Positions 28,639-39,496 are shown, counted from the stretch's first letter. The stretch: 64,000 nucleotides of DNA from Candidatus Marinacidobacterium sp. (GCA_965220965.1 OZ244852.1:256001-320000); one strand, 5' to 3'. Notes: generated by a model from the sequence alone, not told the origin. Numbers and translations: made by a program.

Positions 28639-28701
28639 ATTTATGCAGATCTTATCCAGGTTTATCGATACCCAATAAACCGTCCAAAGGAATCCATAAA
28701 T
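28639..28701. promoter_or_regulatory. AT-rich symmetric operator-like site upstream of the AAA-wHTH gene
   Basis: ATTTATG/CATAAAT and GGTTTAT/ATAAACC inverted pairs share centre 28670. Confidence 0.55.
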
Positions 28702-28747
28702 CGCCTTGGCGCGGGTCGGAGGACGCCGTTCAGGCGCACTCGCCTGC

Positions 28748-29938
<1,191 letters not shown>

Positions 29939-29982
29939 GGGCGTCCTCCGGGAGGCCGGACTCTACCCGAGGCTCTTGGCGA

Positions 29983-32589
29983 TCAGGCGGCGAGCGCCGG
30001 CGCCGGGGCCGGCGCCAGGCGCACGCGCCCGTCGGGGGTGGCCTCCAGCCGGAGCGCGCGCCCCGGACCGGCGTCGCCCGAGAGCAGCAGCCGGGCCGCC
30101 GGAGTCTCGACCCGCTGCTGCAGCACCCGACGAACCTCGCGGGCGCCGGAAGCGGGCGCGTAGCTCTCCGCAGCGAGGATGCGCACCGCCTCGTCGGTGG
30201 CCTCGAGTGCGATGGACCGCTCCCGGAGACGCGTCTCGAGCCGTTCGAGCTGGAGCCGGACGATCGCCTCGATCTCCTCGCGGGTGAGGCTGCGGAAGAC
30301 GACCGTCTCGTCGATCCGGTTCAGGAACTCCGGCCGGAAGGAGCGCCGCAGTTCGCTCAGCACCCGCCGACGGACCTCCTCCCAGGAGGAGCCCCGCTCG
30401 GTGAGGTCGAGGATGTCGCGGCTGCCCACGTTCGAGGTCAGGATGAGGACGGTGTTCCGGAAGCTCACGACCCGTCCGTGCGAGTCCGTGAGGCGGCCGT
30501 CGTCGAGCACCTGGAGGAGCACGGTGTGGACCTCGGGATGCGCCTTCTCGATTTCGTCCAGAAGCACGACCCGGTAGGGGCGGCGGCGCACCGCTTCGGT
30601 GAGCTGGCCGCCCTCCTCGAAGCCGATGTAGCCCGGAGGCGCGCCGGTGAGGCGCGAGACCGAGTGCTTCTCGGTGTACTCGCTCATGTCGAGCCGGACG
30701 AGCGCGCCTTCGTCGTCGAGGAGTTCGGCGGCGAGGGCCCGCGCGAGTTCGGTCTTGCCGACGCCGGTGGGGCCGGCGAACAGGAAGGCCCCGAGGGGTC
30801 GGTCCGGGTCCTGGACGCCGGCGCGGGCCCGCACGACTGCGTCCGCCACCGCCCGCACCGCATCGTCCTGTCCCACGACCCGCCGGTGGAGCAGCTCGTC
30901 CAACTGGAGCAGCTTGTTGCGCTCGCCTTCCAGAAGGCGTTCCACCGGGATCCCGGTCCACCGGGCGACCACCGCGGCGACATCGCCTTCGGAGACCTCT
31001 TCGCGGAGCAGCCGCCCGTCCTGGGCGCCGAGACGGGCTTCCGCCTCGCGAAGCTCGTCGCGGAGCGCGGTGATCGTTCCGAAGCGGAGCTCGGCGGCTC
31101 GCGTCAGGTCGCCCTCGCGTTCCGCCCGCTCCATGGCCGTTCCCGCTTCCTCGATCCGTTCGCGCAGCGACCGGACCTCGCTCAGCCGGTCCTTCTCTCC
31201 CTGCCACCGGGTCCGCAGCGCCCTCGCCGCTTCCTCGCGGTCGGCGACGGTCCGCTCGAGCGATTCGAGCCGGCTGCGGGAGTCGGCGTCCTCTTCCTTC
31301 TTGAGCGCTTCGCACTCGATCCGGAGCGACAGCAGCTCGCGCTCCACCTGGTCCAGCTCGGTGGGGACGCTGTCGATCTCCGTCCTCAGGCGGGCGGCCG
31401 CCTCGTCCACCAGGTCGATGGCCTTGTCCGGCAGGAACCGGCCCTGGATGTAGCGCCGCGACAGGGCGGCGGCGGCGCGCAGCGCGGCGTCCTGGATCCG
31501 GACGCCGTGGTGGATCTCGTAACGTTCCTTGAGTCCGCGCAGGATCGTGACGGTGTCGGCCGCGTTCGGCTCGTTCACCGTCACTGTCTGGAAGCGGCGC
31601 TCCAGCGCGGCGTCCTTCTCGATGTGCATCCGGTACTCGTCGAGGGTCGTGGCGCCGATGCAGTGGAGGTCGCCGCGCGCGAGCGCCGGCTTCAGCAGGT
31701 TCGAGGCGTCCATTGCGCCGTCGGTCTTTCCGGCGCCGACGACGGTGTGGAGCTCATCGATGAAGAGCAGGATCCGGCCCTCCGATTCCGTGACCGCGGC
31801 GAGCACCGCCTTGAGCCGCTCCTCGAACTCGCCCCGGTACTTCGCTCCGGCGATCAGCGCCCCCATGTCGAGCGCCACGAGCTGGCGGTCGCGCAGCCCT
31901 TCGGGGACGTCGCCCTTCACGATCCGGACGGCGAGGCCCTCCGCGATGGCCGTCTTGCCGACGCCGGGCTCGCCGATGAGGACCGGGTTGTTCTTCGTGC
32001 GCCGCGAGAGGATCTGGATCACCCGGCGAATCTCGTCGTCCCGGCCGATGACCGGGTCCAGCCGATCCTCCCTCGCCAGGCCGGTCAGGTCGCGCCCGTA
32101 CTTCTCCAGCGGTTCGTACGCGCTCTCCGGGGTCGGGCTGGTGACGCGAGCGCCGCCGCGGACCGCGGCGGCCGCGTCCTCGAGCGCCTTCCGCTCCACT
32201 CCCGCCTCGGCGAGCAGCCGGGCGGCGCCCGACGGCGTGGAGACGAGCGCCGCGAGCAGGTGTTCGACGCTGACGTACTCGTCGCCCTGCTTCCTGGACT
32301 CGTCGGCGGCGACGCGCAGGACCCGGGCCAGACCGGAGGACGGAGGTGGTTCGTCGGTCGGGTGGCGCACCACCGGCAGCTCGCGGACGGCGCGCTCGAC
32401 GCGCTGCTTCAGTCGCGCCGGATCCTGGTTGAGGCGGCTCAGCAGCCTCGGCGCCAGCCCGTCGGGAGCGTCCTCCAGAAGCGCAAGAAGCAGGTGCTCC
32501 GGGGTGACCTCGGAGTTGCGGTTCGTGACGGCGCGCCGGGTCGCGCGGTCGAGGGCGGCGGAGGAACGTTCGGTTGCCTGGATGGACAT
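29983..32589 (-). CDS. clpB: ATP-dependent chaperone ClpB
   Basis: Two NBDs ([16 protein letters not shown]), LDPVIGRD, a long M-domain coiled coil, [13 protein letters not shown]; ATG 32589 with GGGAG RBS. Confidence 0.95.
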   Translation of the reverse strand: MSIQATERSSAALDRATRRAVTNRNSEVTPEHLLLALLEDAPDGLAPRLLSRLNQDPARLKQRVERAVRELPVVRHPTDEPPPSSGLARVLRVAADESRKQGDEYVSVEHLLAALVSTPSGAARLLAEAGVERKALEDAAAAVRGGARVTSPTPESAYEPLEKYGRDLTGLAREDRLDPVIGRDDEIRRVIQILSRRTKNNPVLIGEPGVGKTAIAEGLAVRIVKGDVPEGLRDRQLVALDMGALIAGAKYRGEFEERLKAVLAAVTESEGRILLFIDELHTVVGAGKTDGAMDASNLLKPALARGDLHCIGATTLDEYRMHIEKDAALERRFQTVTVNEPNAADTVTILRGLKERYEIHHGVRIQDAALRAAAALSRRYIQGRFLPDKAIDLVDEAAARLRTEIDSVPTELDQVERELLSLRIECEALKKEEDADSRSRLESLERTVADREEAARALRTRWQGEKDRLSEVRSLRERIEEAGTAMERAEREGDLTRAAELRFGTITALRDELREAEARLGAQDGRLLREEVSEGDVAAVVARWTGIPVERLLEGERNKLLQLDELLHRRVVGQDDAVRAVADAVVRARAGVQDPDRPLGAFLFAGPTGVGKTELARALAAELLDDEGALVRLDMSEYTEKHSVSRLTGAPPGYIGFEEGGQLTEAVRRRPYRVVLLDEIEKAHPEVHTVLLQVLDDGRLTDSHGRVVSFRNTVLILTSNVGSRDILDLTERGSSWEEVRRRVLSELRRSFRPEFLNRIDETVVFRSLTREEIEAIVRLQLERLETRLRERSIALEATDEAVRILAAESYAPASGAREVRRVLQQRVETPAARLLLSGDAGPGRALRLEATPDGRVRLAPAPAPALAA

Positions 32590-32604
32590 GGATGCAGTCT
32601 CCCG

Positions 32605-32679
32605 ACTCAAGGAGTCTGCGTGAGACTATAGCAGATATGAAGGCAATCCGGCAGGAAACCTTATAGAGCGTTACTCAAC
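32605..32679 (-). promoter_or_regulatory. clpB promoter: extended -10 TGcTATAGT flanked by two TTGAGT (HAIR-like) half-sites
   Basis: -10 at 32625-32633; CTTGAGT at 32605-32611 and GTTGAGT at 32673-32679. The partner half-sites are poor. Confidence 0.45.
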
Positions 32680-32802
32680 TCACCTCGGACGCGGCCGCCG
32701 ACCAAACTCCCGACGGCCGCCACGGAGCGAGTCGGGCGTCAGCGACCGCGCGTGGCGCCCGGAGCCGCCGGGCCCGGGAGGCGCCGGCGACGAGCCGGCC
32801 CG

Positions 32803-33300
32803 CTACTTCGATGGTCCGGCGTCGTACTCCTCGGCGCGGTGCATGTCGAAGGGACAGTGCGCCGGGTTGGCCGGGAAGCGGCGGAACTCGGCGTGGCACC
32901 GGTAGCAGACGGTGACGCTGCCGATGCGCCAGTAGACGAGCAGGTCGAGCACCGCGACCGAGGCGAACACCGCGAACGCGCCGGGGAAGTCCCAGATCGC
33001 ATAGGCGACCGTCGAGAGCACGACCGCCGAGAGAACGACGGCGCACCCGATCTGCTGGGGGAGGTCCTTCCGGGTGTAGAGCTCGCGATTCCCGCACTGA
33101 AGGCACGCGTCGAGCGCCCCCGTGGGCGGCCAGGCGTCGCCGACCGGCGCCGCTCCACCGAGGGGAGGGTTCGCATGGCCGCAATGCCGGCACCGGTCGT
33201 CGCCCGGCGCGAAGGGGGGATCCCAGGTCGAATACCGGTCGCAGGCGTCGCAATAGAAGCCCACTTCCGGGCCCCGGCGCTGGCGCCCTCGGGCGCTCAC
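32803..33300 (-). CDS. Hypothetical membrane protein with four CxxC motifs around a hydrophobic hairpin
   Basis: CDAC, CRHC, CLQC, two hydrophobic segments, then CYRCH. Overlaps the upstream stop. Confidence 0.7.
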   Translation of the reverse strand: MSARGRQRRGPEVGFYCDACDRYSTWDPPFAPGDDRCRHCGHANPPLGGAAPVGDAWPPTGALDACLQCGNRELYTRKDLPQQIGCAVVLSAVVLSTVAYAIWDFPGAFAVFASVAVLDLLVYWRIGSVTVCYRCHAEFRRFPANPAHCPFDMHRAEEYDAGPSK

Positions 33301-34580
33301 GAACAGCGGGCCTCGATCGCGTTCAGCGCGACGGAGATCTCCTCACGGGTGTTGAAGAAATGGACCGAGAGGCGGAAGTCCCGCTCGTCGCGCACCGGAG
33401 ACGCCAGGATGCCTTCTTCCCCCAGATCCCGGTAGAGCGCCAACGCGTCGCATCCCTCGGGAAGTCGGACGACGACGATGCCCGAGGCGTCCTCCGCGGT
33501 TTCGGGCGAGGCGAGGCTCAGCGTCGGGCTGCGTCGCGCCGCCTCGGCGGCGAAGCCGGCGAGCTCTTCGACCCGCGCCAGGACCCGGTCGAGTCCGAGA
33601 TCCTCCAGCCAGGCCACCGCCCGGCCGAAACCGTGGAAGTCGGCGAGCGCCCGGGTCCCGAACTCGAAGCGGGCGGCGCTTGGCAGCAGCTCGTAGCCCC
33701 CCTGGTAGTCCATCGCCGCGTGGCTGTGGGCGCCGGCCCAGCTCAGCAGGACTTCGTCGAGGATCTCCCGGCGGACGAACAGCGCTCCGGTTCCCTTGGG
33801 GCCGAGAAGCCACTTGTGGCCGCAGGTCGAATAGGCGTCGCACCCGAGGGCGGCGAAGTCGGTCGGGACCAGGCCGGGCCCCTGCGCCCCGTCGAGGTGG
33901 AACCTCACGCCGCGCGCGCGCAGGAGCTCGGCGAGCCGGGCGCAGTCGCCGGTCCGCAGACGCCGTCCGTTGTTGCGGGACACGTGGCTCACGCTGACCA
34001 TGCGCGTCCGCGATGTCAGTTCGCGGCGCACCTCGTCGACGAAGTCGGTTCCCGGGCTCAGATCGATTTCGCGGATCGCGATCCCGAGGCGGTCGCGGAG
34101 CACGTACCAGGGGATCACGTTGGCCGGATGCTCGGTGTTCGAGATGATGACTTCGTCCCCGGCTCTCCAGTCGAGGCTCCAGGCGACGATGGAGATGCCC
34201 TCCGAGGTGCTGTGGGTCAGCGCCACCTCTTCCGGACGGGCGCCGAAAACGCGGGCCAGTTGCGCCCGAAGGTCGGGCTCGATCCGACCCATCGGACCCG
34301 AGATCGAAGGATGCGCGGGACTCCGGTTCTGGAACTCGAGCCGCTCGGCGACGGCCTCGATCACGCCTCGCGGCGAAGGGCCGATCCCGCCGGTCTGGAA
34401 GAACGGGCTCGCGGACGCCGGGATCTGATCGCGGGCGTCGCGGACCCAGTCCGGCGCCCCCGGCGCTGCGGATGCGTCCTGCGGTCCGGCGGCGGCCAGA
34501 CGACCGACCGGAATCAGGGGGAGCGCGGCCGCCGACCGGACGCCCGCGCCGAGGAATGCGCGCCGGGTGAAGTTCATCAC
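33297..34580 (-). CDS. Class V PLP-dependent enzyme with Tat signal (cystine lyase/isopenicillin-N epimerase-like)
   Basis: FTRRAFL Tat motif, STSEGI, EHPAN, DGAQ, GHKWLLGP, RFEFGT; no desulfurase Cys loop. Confidence 0.85.
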   Translation of the reverse strand: MMNFTRRAFLGAGVRSAAALPLIPVGRLAAAGPQDASAAPGAPDWVRDARDQIPASASPFFQTGGIGPSPRGVIEAVAERLEFQNRSPAHPSISGPMGRIEPDLRAQLARVFGARPEEVALTHSTSEGISIVAWSLDWRAGDEVIISNTEHPANVIPWYVLRDRLGIAIREIDLSPGTDFVDEVRRELTSRTRMVSVSHVSRNNGRRLRTGDCARLAELLRARGVRFHLDGAQGPGLVPTDFAALGCDAYSTCGHKWLLGPKGTGALFVRREILDEVLLSWAGAHSHAAMDYQGGYELLPSAARFEFGTRALADFHGFGRAVAWLEDLGLDRVLARVEELAGFAAEAARRSPTLSLASPETAEDASGIVVVRLPEGCDALALYRDLGEEGILASPVRDERDFRLSVHFFNTREEISVALNAIEARCS

Positions 34581-35384
34581 CTAGAGGATCGCATGACCGC
34601 TGATCCTTTCGAGGAACACGGCGGTCAGCTCGCCGAACAGGACGAGGATGAGCGCGACATACAGGAGTCCGGTCGCCGACTGGGTGGACCGGATCCGGAC
34701 GGTGGAGCGGATGAGCACCGCCAGCGCGAACGGCGCCGCCAGCCCGGTCAGCGCCCGGAACGAAAAGAAGAGCGCGGTGGTGGAGTAGATCAGGTCACCG
34801 ACCGACGCGATGCCGAGCGCCGCCACCCCGCCGGTGAGGAGCGCGACCGTCGTCACCAGCACCCGCAGTCCGGCGGCGCCGAGGTAGAGCCGGGCGCCCG
34901 AGGCCAGGGGAGCGATCGAAAGGCCGGTGTCCACCAGATACCAGTGTCCAAGGACCATCGTTGCGGTGACCGAGCCCAGCAGCATCGCCGCCGACGCCTC
35001 CGCCGCCACCTCGCGGAGCGGGTTATCTCCGGAACCGGTGAGCAGCGGCGAGATCGCGCCCACCAGGCCCAGCAACATCGCAGCGGCCGCCAGCCCCCGC
35101 GAAGGCCCTCGGGCGGCCGTCGTCGGTGACTCGCCCCGCGGCTTTGCGGACCGGCGTTCGACGACGCCGAGAACGACCGTGAGGACCGCCAGTCCCGCCC
35201 ACGCCATCCACTCCGGCTGGCCCCACGCGAGGACGAGGGACAGCGCGAAGGCGCCGGCTGCGCTCGAGACCAGAAACCGGAAGAACGCTGGCGGAACGCG
35301 GTGACGCCACGCCAGCGCTCCGCCGGCGAACAGGAGCCCGGCGCCCAGCCGCACCGCGACCGCGGCGGCGATGGCGCCGATCAC
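34581..35384 (-). CDS. Hypothetical polytopic membrane protein (GHWYL motif)
   Basis: About 8 hydrophobic segments; MVLGHWYLV, STQSATGLLY. Abuts the downstream gene. Confidence 0.7.
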   Translation of the reverse strand: MIGAIAAAVAVRLGAGLLFAGGALAWRHRVPPAFFRFLVSSAAGAFALSLVLAWGQPEWMAWAGLAVLTVVLGVVERRSAKPRGESPTTAARGPSRGLAAAAMLLGLVGAISPLLTGSGDNPLREVAAEASAAMLLGSVTATMVLGHWYLVDTGLSIAPLASGARLYLGAAGLRVLVTTVALLTGGVAALGIASVGDLIYSTTALFFSFRALTGLAAPFALAVLIRSTVRIRSTQSATGLLYVALILVLFGELTAVFLERISGHAIL

Positions 35385-35471
35385 CGGAAGGCCGGCCGCG
35401 GGGCAGGGAACGCCGGGCGCCGGTTCACGGGAGGGGCGCCGCGCCTGGCGAGAATCCGCCCGGGCCGGCGA

Positions 35472-35795
35472 TCAGACCTGGAAGGACTCTCCGCAGCCGC
35501 AGGCCGAGACCGCGTTCGGGTTGTTGAAGCGGAACCCGGCGCCCATGATGTCCTCCACATAGTCGATCTCGGTTCCGTTCAGATAGGGGAGGCTCCGCTC
35601 GTCCACGAGCATGCGGACACCGTTCTGCTCGATGACCTGGTCTCCGTCACGCGACTCGTCGTCGAGCGCCAGTTGGTACTGGAACCCGGAGCAGCCCCCG
35701 CCGACCACCCGGACACGCAGCAGGGCTTCGGGGCGGTCGTGCTTTCCCAGGAACTCGGCGACCTTTGTCGCCGCGACCTCGGTCAGCGTCAGCAT
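35472..35795 (-). CDS. A-type Fe-S carrier (IscA/ErpA/HesB family)
   Basis: GGGCSGFQY and FNNPNAVSACGCGESF; AGGAGG RBS before ATG 35795. Confidence 0.93.
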   Translation of the reverse strand: MLTLTEVAATKVAEFLGKHDRPEALLRVRVVGGGCSGFQYQLALDDESRDGDQVIEQNGVRMLVDERSLPYLNGTEIDYVEDIMGAGFRFNNPNAVSACGCGESFQV

Positions 35796-35922
35796 GGCGT
35801 CGTTCCTCCTTGCGGCCCCGGACCCACGAAACGGGCCCCGAAACCGCCAGTAGGGGATTTTAGCGGTCCGTTGATGGCGGAGAGTAGGATTCCCCGCTTC
35901 CGCCGGCGCGCTCCCCCGGCTG

Positions 35923-36786
35923 GTGTCTCCCCTGATCGACCTGCACACCCACTCCACCGAATCCGACGGGGTCTTCCCGCCCGCGCGGGTCGTGAAGGAG
36001 GCGGTCTCCGACGGCGTCACGGTCCTCGCCCTGACCGACCACGACACGCTCGCCGGGCTCCCGGACGCCCACCGGGAGGCGGTTCGCCACGGCATCGAAT
36101 TCGTGCCCGGCGTCGAAGTGAGTTGCGCCGAGGGGCCGGAATCGGTCCACCTGCTGGGACTCTTCGTCGACCCGGAGGATCGCGGGCTCAACGAGCTCTT
36201 CCGGGAAGTGGCGGAAAGCCGACGCCGTCGCATCCGGGCCACCTGTGAACGCCTCGCCGAGGCCGGCGTCCCGATCTCGTTCGAGGATGTGGCCGCGATG
36301 TCGTCCGGCGCCTCGCTTGGCCGGCCCCACGTGGCGGACGCCCTCGTCGAGAAGGGCGTCGTCCGGACTCGCAAGGAGGCGTTTGACCGCTACCTGGGCG
36401 ACGGCGGCGTGGGCCACGTCAGCTACGCGTGGAAGATCGGCGTGACCGACGCGGCGAAGATGATCCACGCGGCCGGCGGCGTCACCTCGATCGCACACCC
36501 CAGGTATCTCCACGACCTCGACGCTCTGCCGGAGATGGTCCGGGCGGCGGGAGTGACGGCGCTCGAGGCCTATCACGCCGACCAGCAGGGGGCCGATCGC
36601 GATCGCTTCGAACGGATGGCCGACGAGATCGGCGTGCTCGTCACCGGCGGTTCCGACTTTCACCAGCGCAAGGCCGGAGGCGGTCCCACGCACCGGTTCG
36701 GCTCCGCGCTCTCGCGGGCCCAGTACGAGGCGCTGCGGGAGGCGGCGCGGGGCCGCCAGACCACCGGACCGGACGACCGGCGCTGA
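35923..36786 (+). CDS. PHP domain phosphoesterase (YciV/TrpH-like)
   Basis: DLHTHS, LTDHDT, PGVE, HLLG, GRPH, IAHP, GGSDFH. Confidence 0.92.
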   Translation: MSPLIDLHTHSTESDGVFPPARVVKEAVSDGVTVLALTDHDTLAGLPDAHREAVRHGIEFVPGVEVSCAEGPESVHLLGLFVDPEDRGLNELFREVAESRRRRIRATCERLAEAGVPISFEDVAAMSSGASLGRPHVADALVEKGVVRTRKEAFDRYLGDGGVGHVSYAWKIGVTDAAKMIHAAGGVTSIAHPRYLHDLDALPEMVRAAGVTALEAYHADQQGADRDRFERMADEIGVLVTGGSDFHQRKAGGGPTHRFGSALSRAQYEALREAARGRQTTGPDDRR

Positions 36787-36807
36787 TCTCCGGGGTGGGC
36801 GCCGGGC

Positions 36808-37206
36808 TTATCCGCCCGCGCCATCCACCTCCGGAATCCTCACCAGGACGTTCCCGGCGTCCACCCGGGCCGGGAACGCGGCCACCCGGGAGTGCGGGTT
36901 CGCCGGCGACCGCCCGGTTTCCAGGTCGAATTGCCACAGGTGCCACGGACACGAGACGACGCCATCCCGGACCTGACCGAGGTGAAGCGGTCCTCCCCGG
37001 TGAGGGCAGGTCTCGCTGAGCGCCTTCGGGACTCCTTCGTTCCAGAAGACCGCGACCCGCCGTTCGTCGACATCGACCGCCAGCGCTCCCGCCTCGGACA
37101 GCTCTTTCGCGCCGCACACGCGGCGCTCCCCGCCCTCCGTCGAGGCCGGACGTGGATCGATGCGGGGCGCATCGTCCGGCGGCCGCCTCTCGGTGGATCG
37201 GCTCAT
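36808..37206 (-). CDS. Rieske [2Fe-2S] ferredoxin (NirD-like fold)
   Basis: CPHRGGPL and CPWHLWQFD; ATGA overlap with the upstream gene. Confidence 0.88.
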   Translation of the reverse strand: MSRSTERRPPDDAPRIDPRPASTEGGERRVCGAKELSEAGALAVDVDERRVAVFWNEGVPKALSETCPHRGGPLHLGQVRDGVVSCPWHLWQFDLETGRSPANPHSRVAAFPARVDAGNVLVRIPEVDGAGG

Positions 37207-38249
37207 CCGGGAACCTCCACCGCTTCCAGGCGGAGTCCTTCCCCATCGGAGCCGGCGTCCAGGACCTCCCCGCCCGCCGCCCTCACGGCGGCGCACACCG
37301 CGGACCGGTGGGTCGGCGGAACGGCCGCCACCAGAGTGCCCCCGCCGCCGGCGCCGCAGGCCTTGACCGCCGAAGCTCCCGCCTCGCGGAGCGAGGCCTC
37401 GAACCGGTCCAGTCCCGGAGTCGAGACCGCCGGCGCAAGCGACCGACGGGCGCTCCATTCCTCGTCGAGGACCCCGGTAACCCGGTCCCAGTCCCGGGCG
37501 CGCACCGCCTCGCGCATCGCTCCGGCGGCCTCCGCGATCCGCTGAATCCCGCGCGCGGCTTCCGGCTCGCCGGCAAGGATCCGCTCCAGGACCTTCCGGT
37601 TCGGTTCCGCGGAGGAATGGGCTTCTCCGGTGTAGGCAAGGACGAACCGCTCGCGCAGGGGATCGAGGTCTTCTTCCGACCACGGCAGGGGTTCGGAGCG
37701 CGTCGCCGGGCTATCCCAGTGATGGGCGTGCGCTCCGCCGAGGGCGGCGGCCCATTGATCCTGGGCGCCGGTGGCCGCCCGCAGGATCCGGACTTCGGTG
37801 TCCATCACGATCCGGACCAGATCGGCGGTCGACCACCCGGCGTCGAAGACCCGGTTCAGCGCCCCCGCGATGGCCATGCCGAGCGCCGAGGAACCCCCGA
37901 GCCCCGATCCCGGCGGGGCGCTCGTCTCGAAACGCACCTCGACCGGAACGTCCCGCGAGAAGAAGGCGGCGAGCTGGCCGGCCAGCGCGGTGAAGGCGTG
38001 GTGAAACAGGAATTCCGGATCGCTCGCGGTGATGTCAACGCCTCGCTGGGGGTTGACGACGCGCCATTCCGGCGCGAGCGACACGGTGGCGCGCGCCCGG
38101 AGACTGATCGCCACGTTGACGGTGACGGCGCGGGGGACCAGCAGCCCGACCGGCCAGATGTCGAGCGTGCCGCCGGCCAGATCCACCCGCGTCGGCGCCG
38201 AACAGGTGGCGGGCGATGTCAGAACGAGATTCCCAGGGCGGTCATCCAC
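37203..38249 (-). CDS. GHMP-family sugar kinase (HddA-like)
   Basis: APTRVDLAGGTLD, PPGSGLGGSSA, TGAQDQ, KACGAGGGG. Confidence 0.88.
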   Translation of the reverse strand: MDDRPGNLVLTSPATCSAPTRVDLAGGTLDIWPVGLLVPRAVTVNVAISLRARATVSLAPEWRVVNPQRGVDITASDPEFLFHHAFTALAGQLAAFFSRDVPVEVRFETSAPPGSGLGGSSALGMAIAGALNRVFDAGWSTADLVRIVMDTEVRILRAATGAQDQWAAALGGAHAHHWDSPATRSEPLPWSEEDLDPLRERFVLAYTGEAHSSAEPNRKVLERILAGEPEAARGIQRIAEAAGAMREAVRARDWDRVTGVLDEEWSARRSLAPAVSTPGLDRFEASLREAGASAVKACGAGGGGTLVAAVPPTHRSAVCAAVRAAGGEVLDAGSDGEGLRLEAVEVPG

Positions 38250-38704
38250 TGGTTCACCGGCTCGTCGGCGAAGTCTCGTTGGTACTGAGTCTCCAGCCGG
38301 AGCCGTCCGACCTGAATTCCGAGCAGCGCCAGCCCGGACACCTGGGGCGCGCTCTCCGCGCCGCCCCCGAACCGGCTGGCGAGGCCGGCCCCTCCGCCCA
38401 CGTACACCCGGAATCCGGGCGTCGGGAGCATTCCGACCTTGGCGTAGGCATAGCCCCGGGCGGGGAAGCGGCGCCCGACACCTTCTTCGTCAACCCCGAT
38501 GGAGGGCCGGAAACCGGGCCCGGTCTGACCCATGAACCCGACGCTCACCGGGACGGCCAGGAACTCGATTTCGTAGCCGCCCCCCAGCATCCACTCCTCG
38601 CCGCCCTGGTCAACGCCGGTCCACGACCCGATCAGCGCGAAGGGCTGCGCCTCGGCGGGGGCCGCGAAGAGGGCCGCCGGAATCACCAGCATCAAGGCCC
38701 GCAT
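38219..38704 (-). CDS. Probable small outer-membrane beta-barrel protein
   Basis: Signal peptide (AEA), amphipathic strands, YVGGGAG, C-terminal LGISF. The start is uncertain (38704 or 38767). Confidence 0.6.
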   Translation of the reverse strand: MRALMLVIPAALFAAPAEAQPFALIGSWTGVDQGGEEWMLGGGYEIEFLAVPVSVGFMGQTGPGFRPSIGVDEEGVGRRFPARGYAYAKVGMLPTPGFRVYVGGGAGLASRFGGGAESAPQVSGLALLGIQVGRLRLETQYQRDFADEPVNQWMTALGISF

Positions 38705-38845
38705 GAGAGCTGGCGCCGAACGTGAAGAGAACGCAGCCCTCCTCCGTGCGTTTCGTCCAATTGCCACCCGACCGACTCCCTTCGCGCGCTCCGCCGGACG
38801 CTGTGTGCGCCCCCGCGCCTGCGCGGCTTGATCCGGGGTAGTGTA

Positions 38846-38861
38846 AGCAAGGGTAGTACCT
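38846..38861 (-). promoter_or_regulatory. Putative sigma-54 (-24/-12) promoter
   Basis: Minus strand aGGTAC-taccc-TTGCT has exact GG-N10-GC spacing and lies upstream of the OMP-GHMP-Rieske run. Confidence 0.5.
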
Positions 38862-38902
38862 CAGGACTCGAGGTTCATTGCGCCCGACGAGAGCCCCCCG
38901 CG

Positions 38903-39496
38903 ATGACCCCCGCCGAGGATCTGCGCGAACGGATCGCCACCCGTTTGGCCCGGCGGTCGCCTCGCCGGGTGGATCCGGCGCTTCGCGCCGCCGCGGTGCT
39001 CGCCCTGCTCGTGGACGGCTCCGGGGGGCCCCGCCTGGTGCTGACCCGGCGCTCGAACCGACTGCGGCGCCAACCCGGGGACATCGCGTTTCCCGGCGGC
39101 ATGGTGGAGCCGGGGGAGAGCGCCGAGGGCGCGGCGCTACGCGAAAGCCGCGAGGAAATCGGGCTGGATCCGTCCCGGCTGCGGATCCTGGGTCGGCTGG
39201 ATGAGCGGCGCACCTACCACGGGTTCCGGCTCAGCCCGTTCGTGGCCTGGGCGACGGAGTCTCCGGAGCGACCGCTTCGCCTCGCTCCCGGCCCGGAGGT
39301 GGACCTGGTGTTCCGGACGCCGTGGGCCGATCTCGCCGGAGGCGCCCACGAAACGACCGAGGTCCAGCCGCTCGCGCTCGCGTCCGACGGAACGCGGATC
39401 GGTCCGCGGGTTATCTACCGCTACGCGTGGCGGGGCCACGACATCTGGGGCCTGACCGCGCGCATCATCCGGGATCTGCTGGACGTGGCCCACTGA
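38903..39496 (+). CDS. Nudix hydrolase, CoA pyrophosphatase subfamily
   Basis: LTRRS..LRRQPGDIAFPGG, Nudix box AALRESREEIG, IWGLTA. Confidence 0.9.
   Translation: MTPAEDLRERIATRLARRSPRRVDPALRAAAVLALLVDGSGGPRLVLTRRSNRLRRQPGDIAFPGGMVEPGESAEGAALRESREEIGLDPSRLRILGRLDERRTYHGFRLSPFVAWATESPERPLRLAPGPEVDLVFRTPWADLAGGAHETTEVQPLALASDGTRIGPRVIYRYAWRGHDIWGLTARIIRDLLDVAH

Noticed and set aside
35845-35895. Possible IscR/Rrf2 operator upstream of the A-type carrier gene (AGTAGG twice)
   Set aside because: No convincing palindrome or consensus match by eye, and too short to support.
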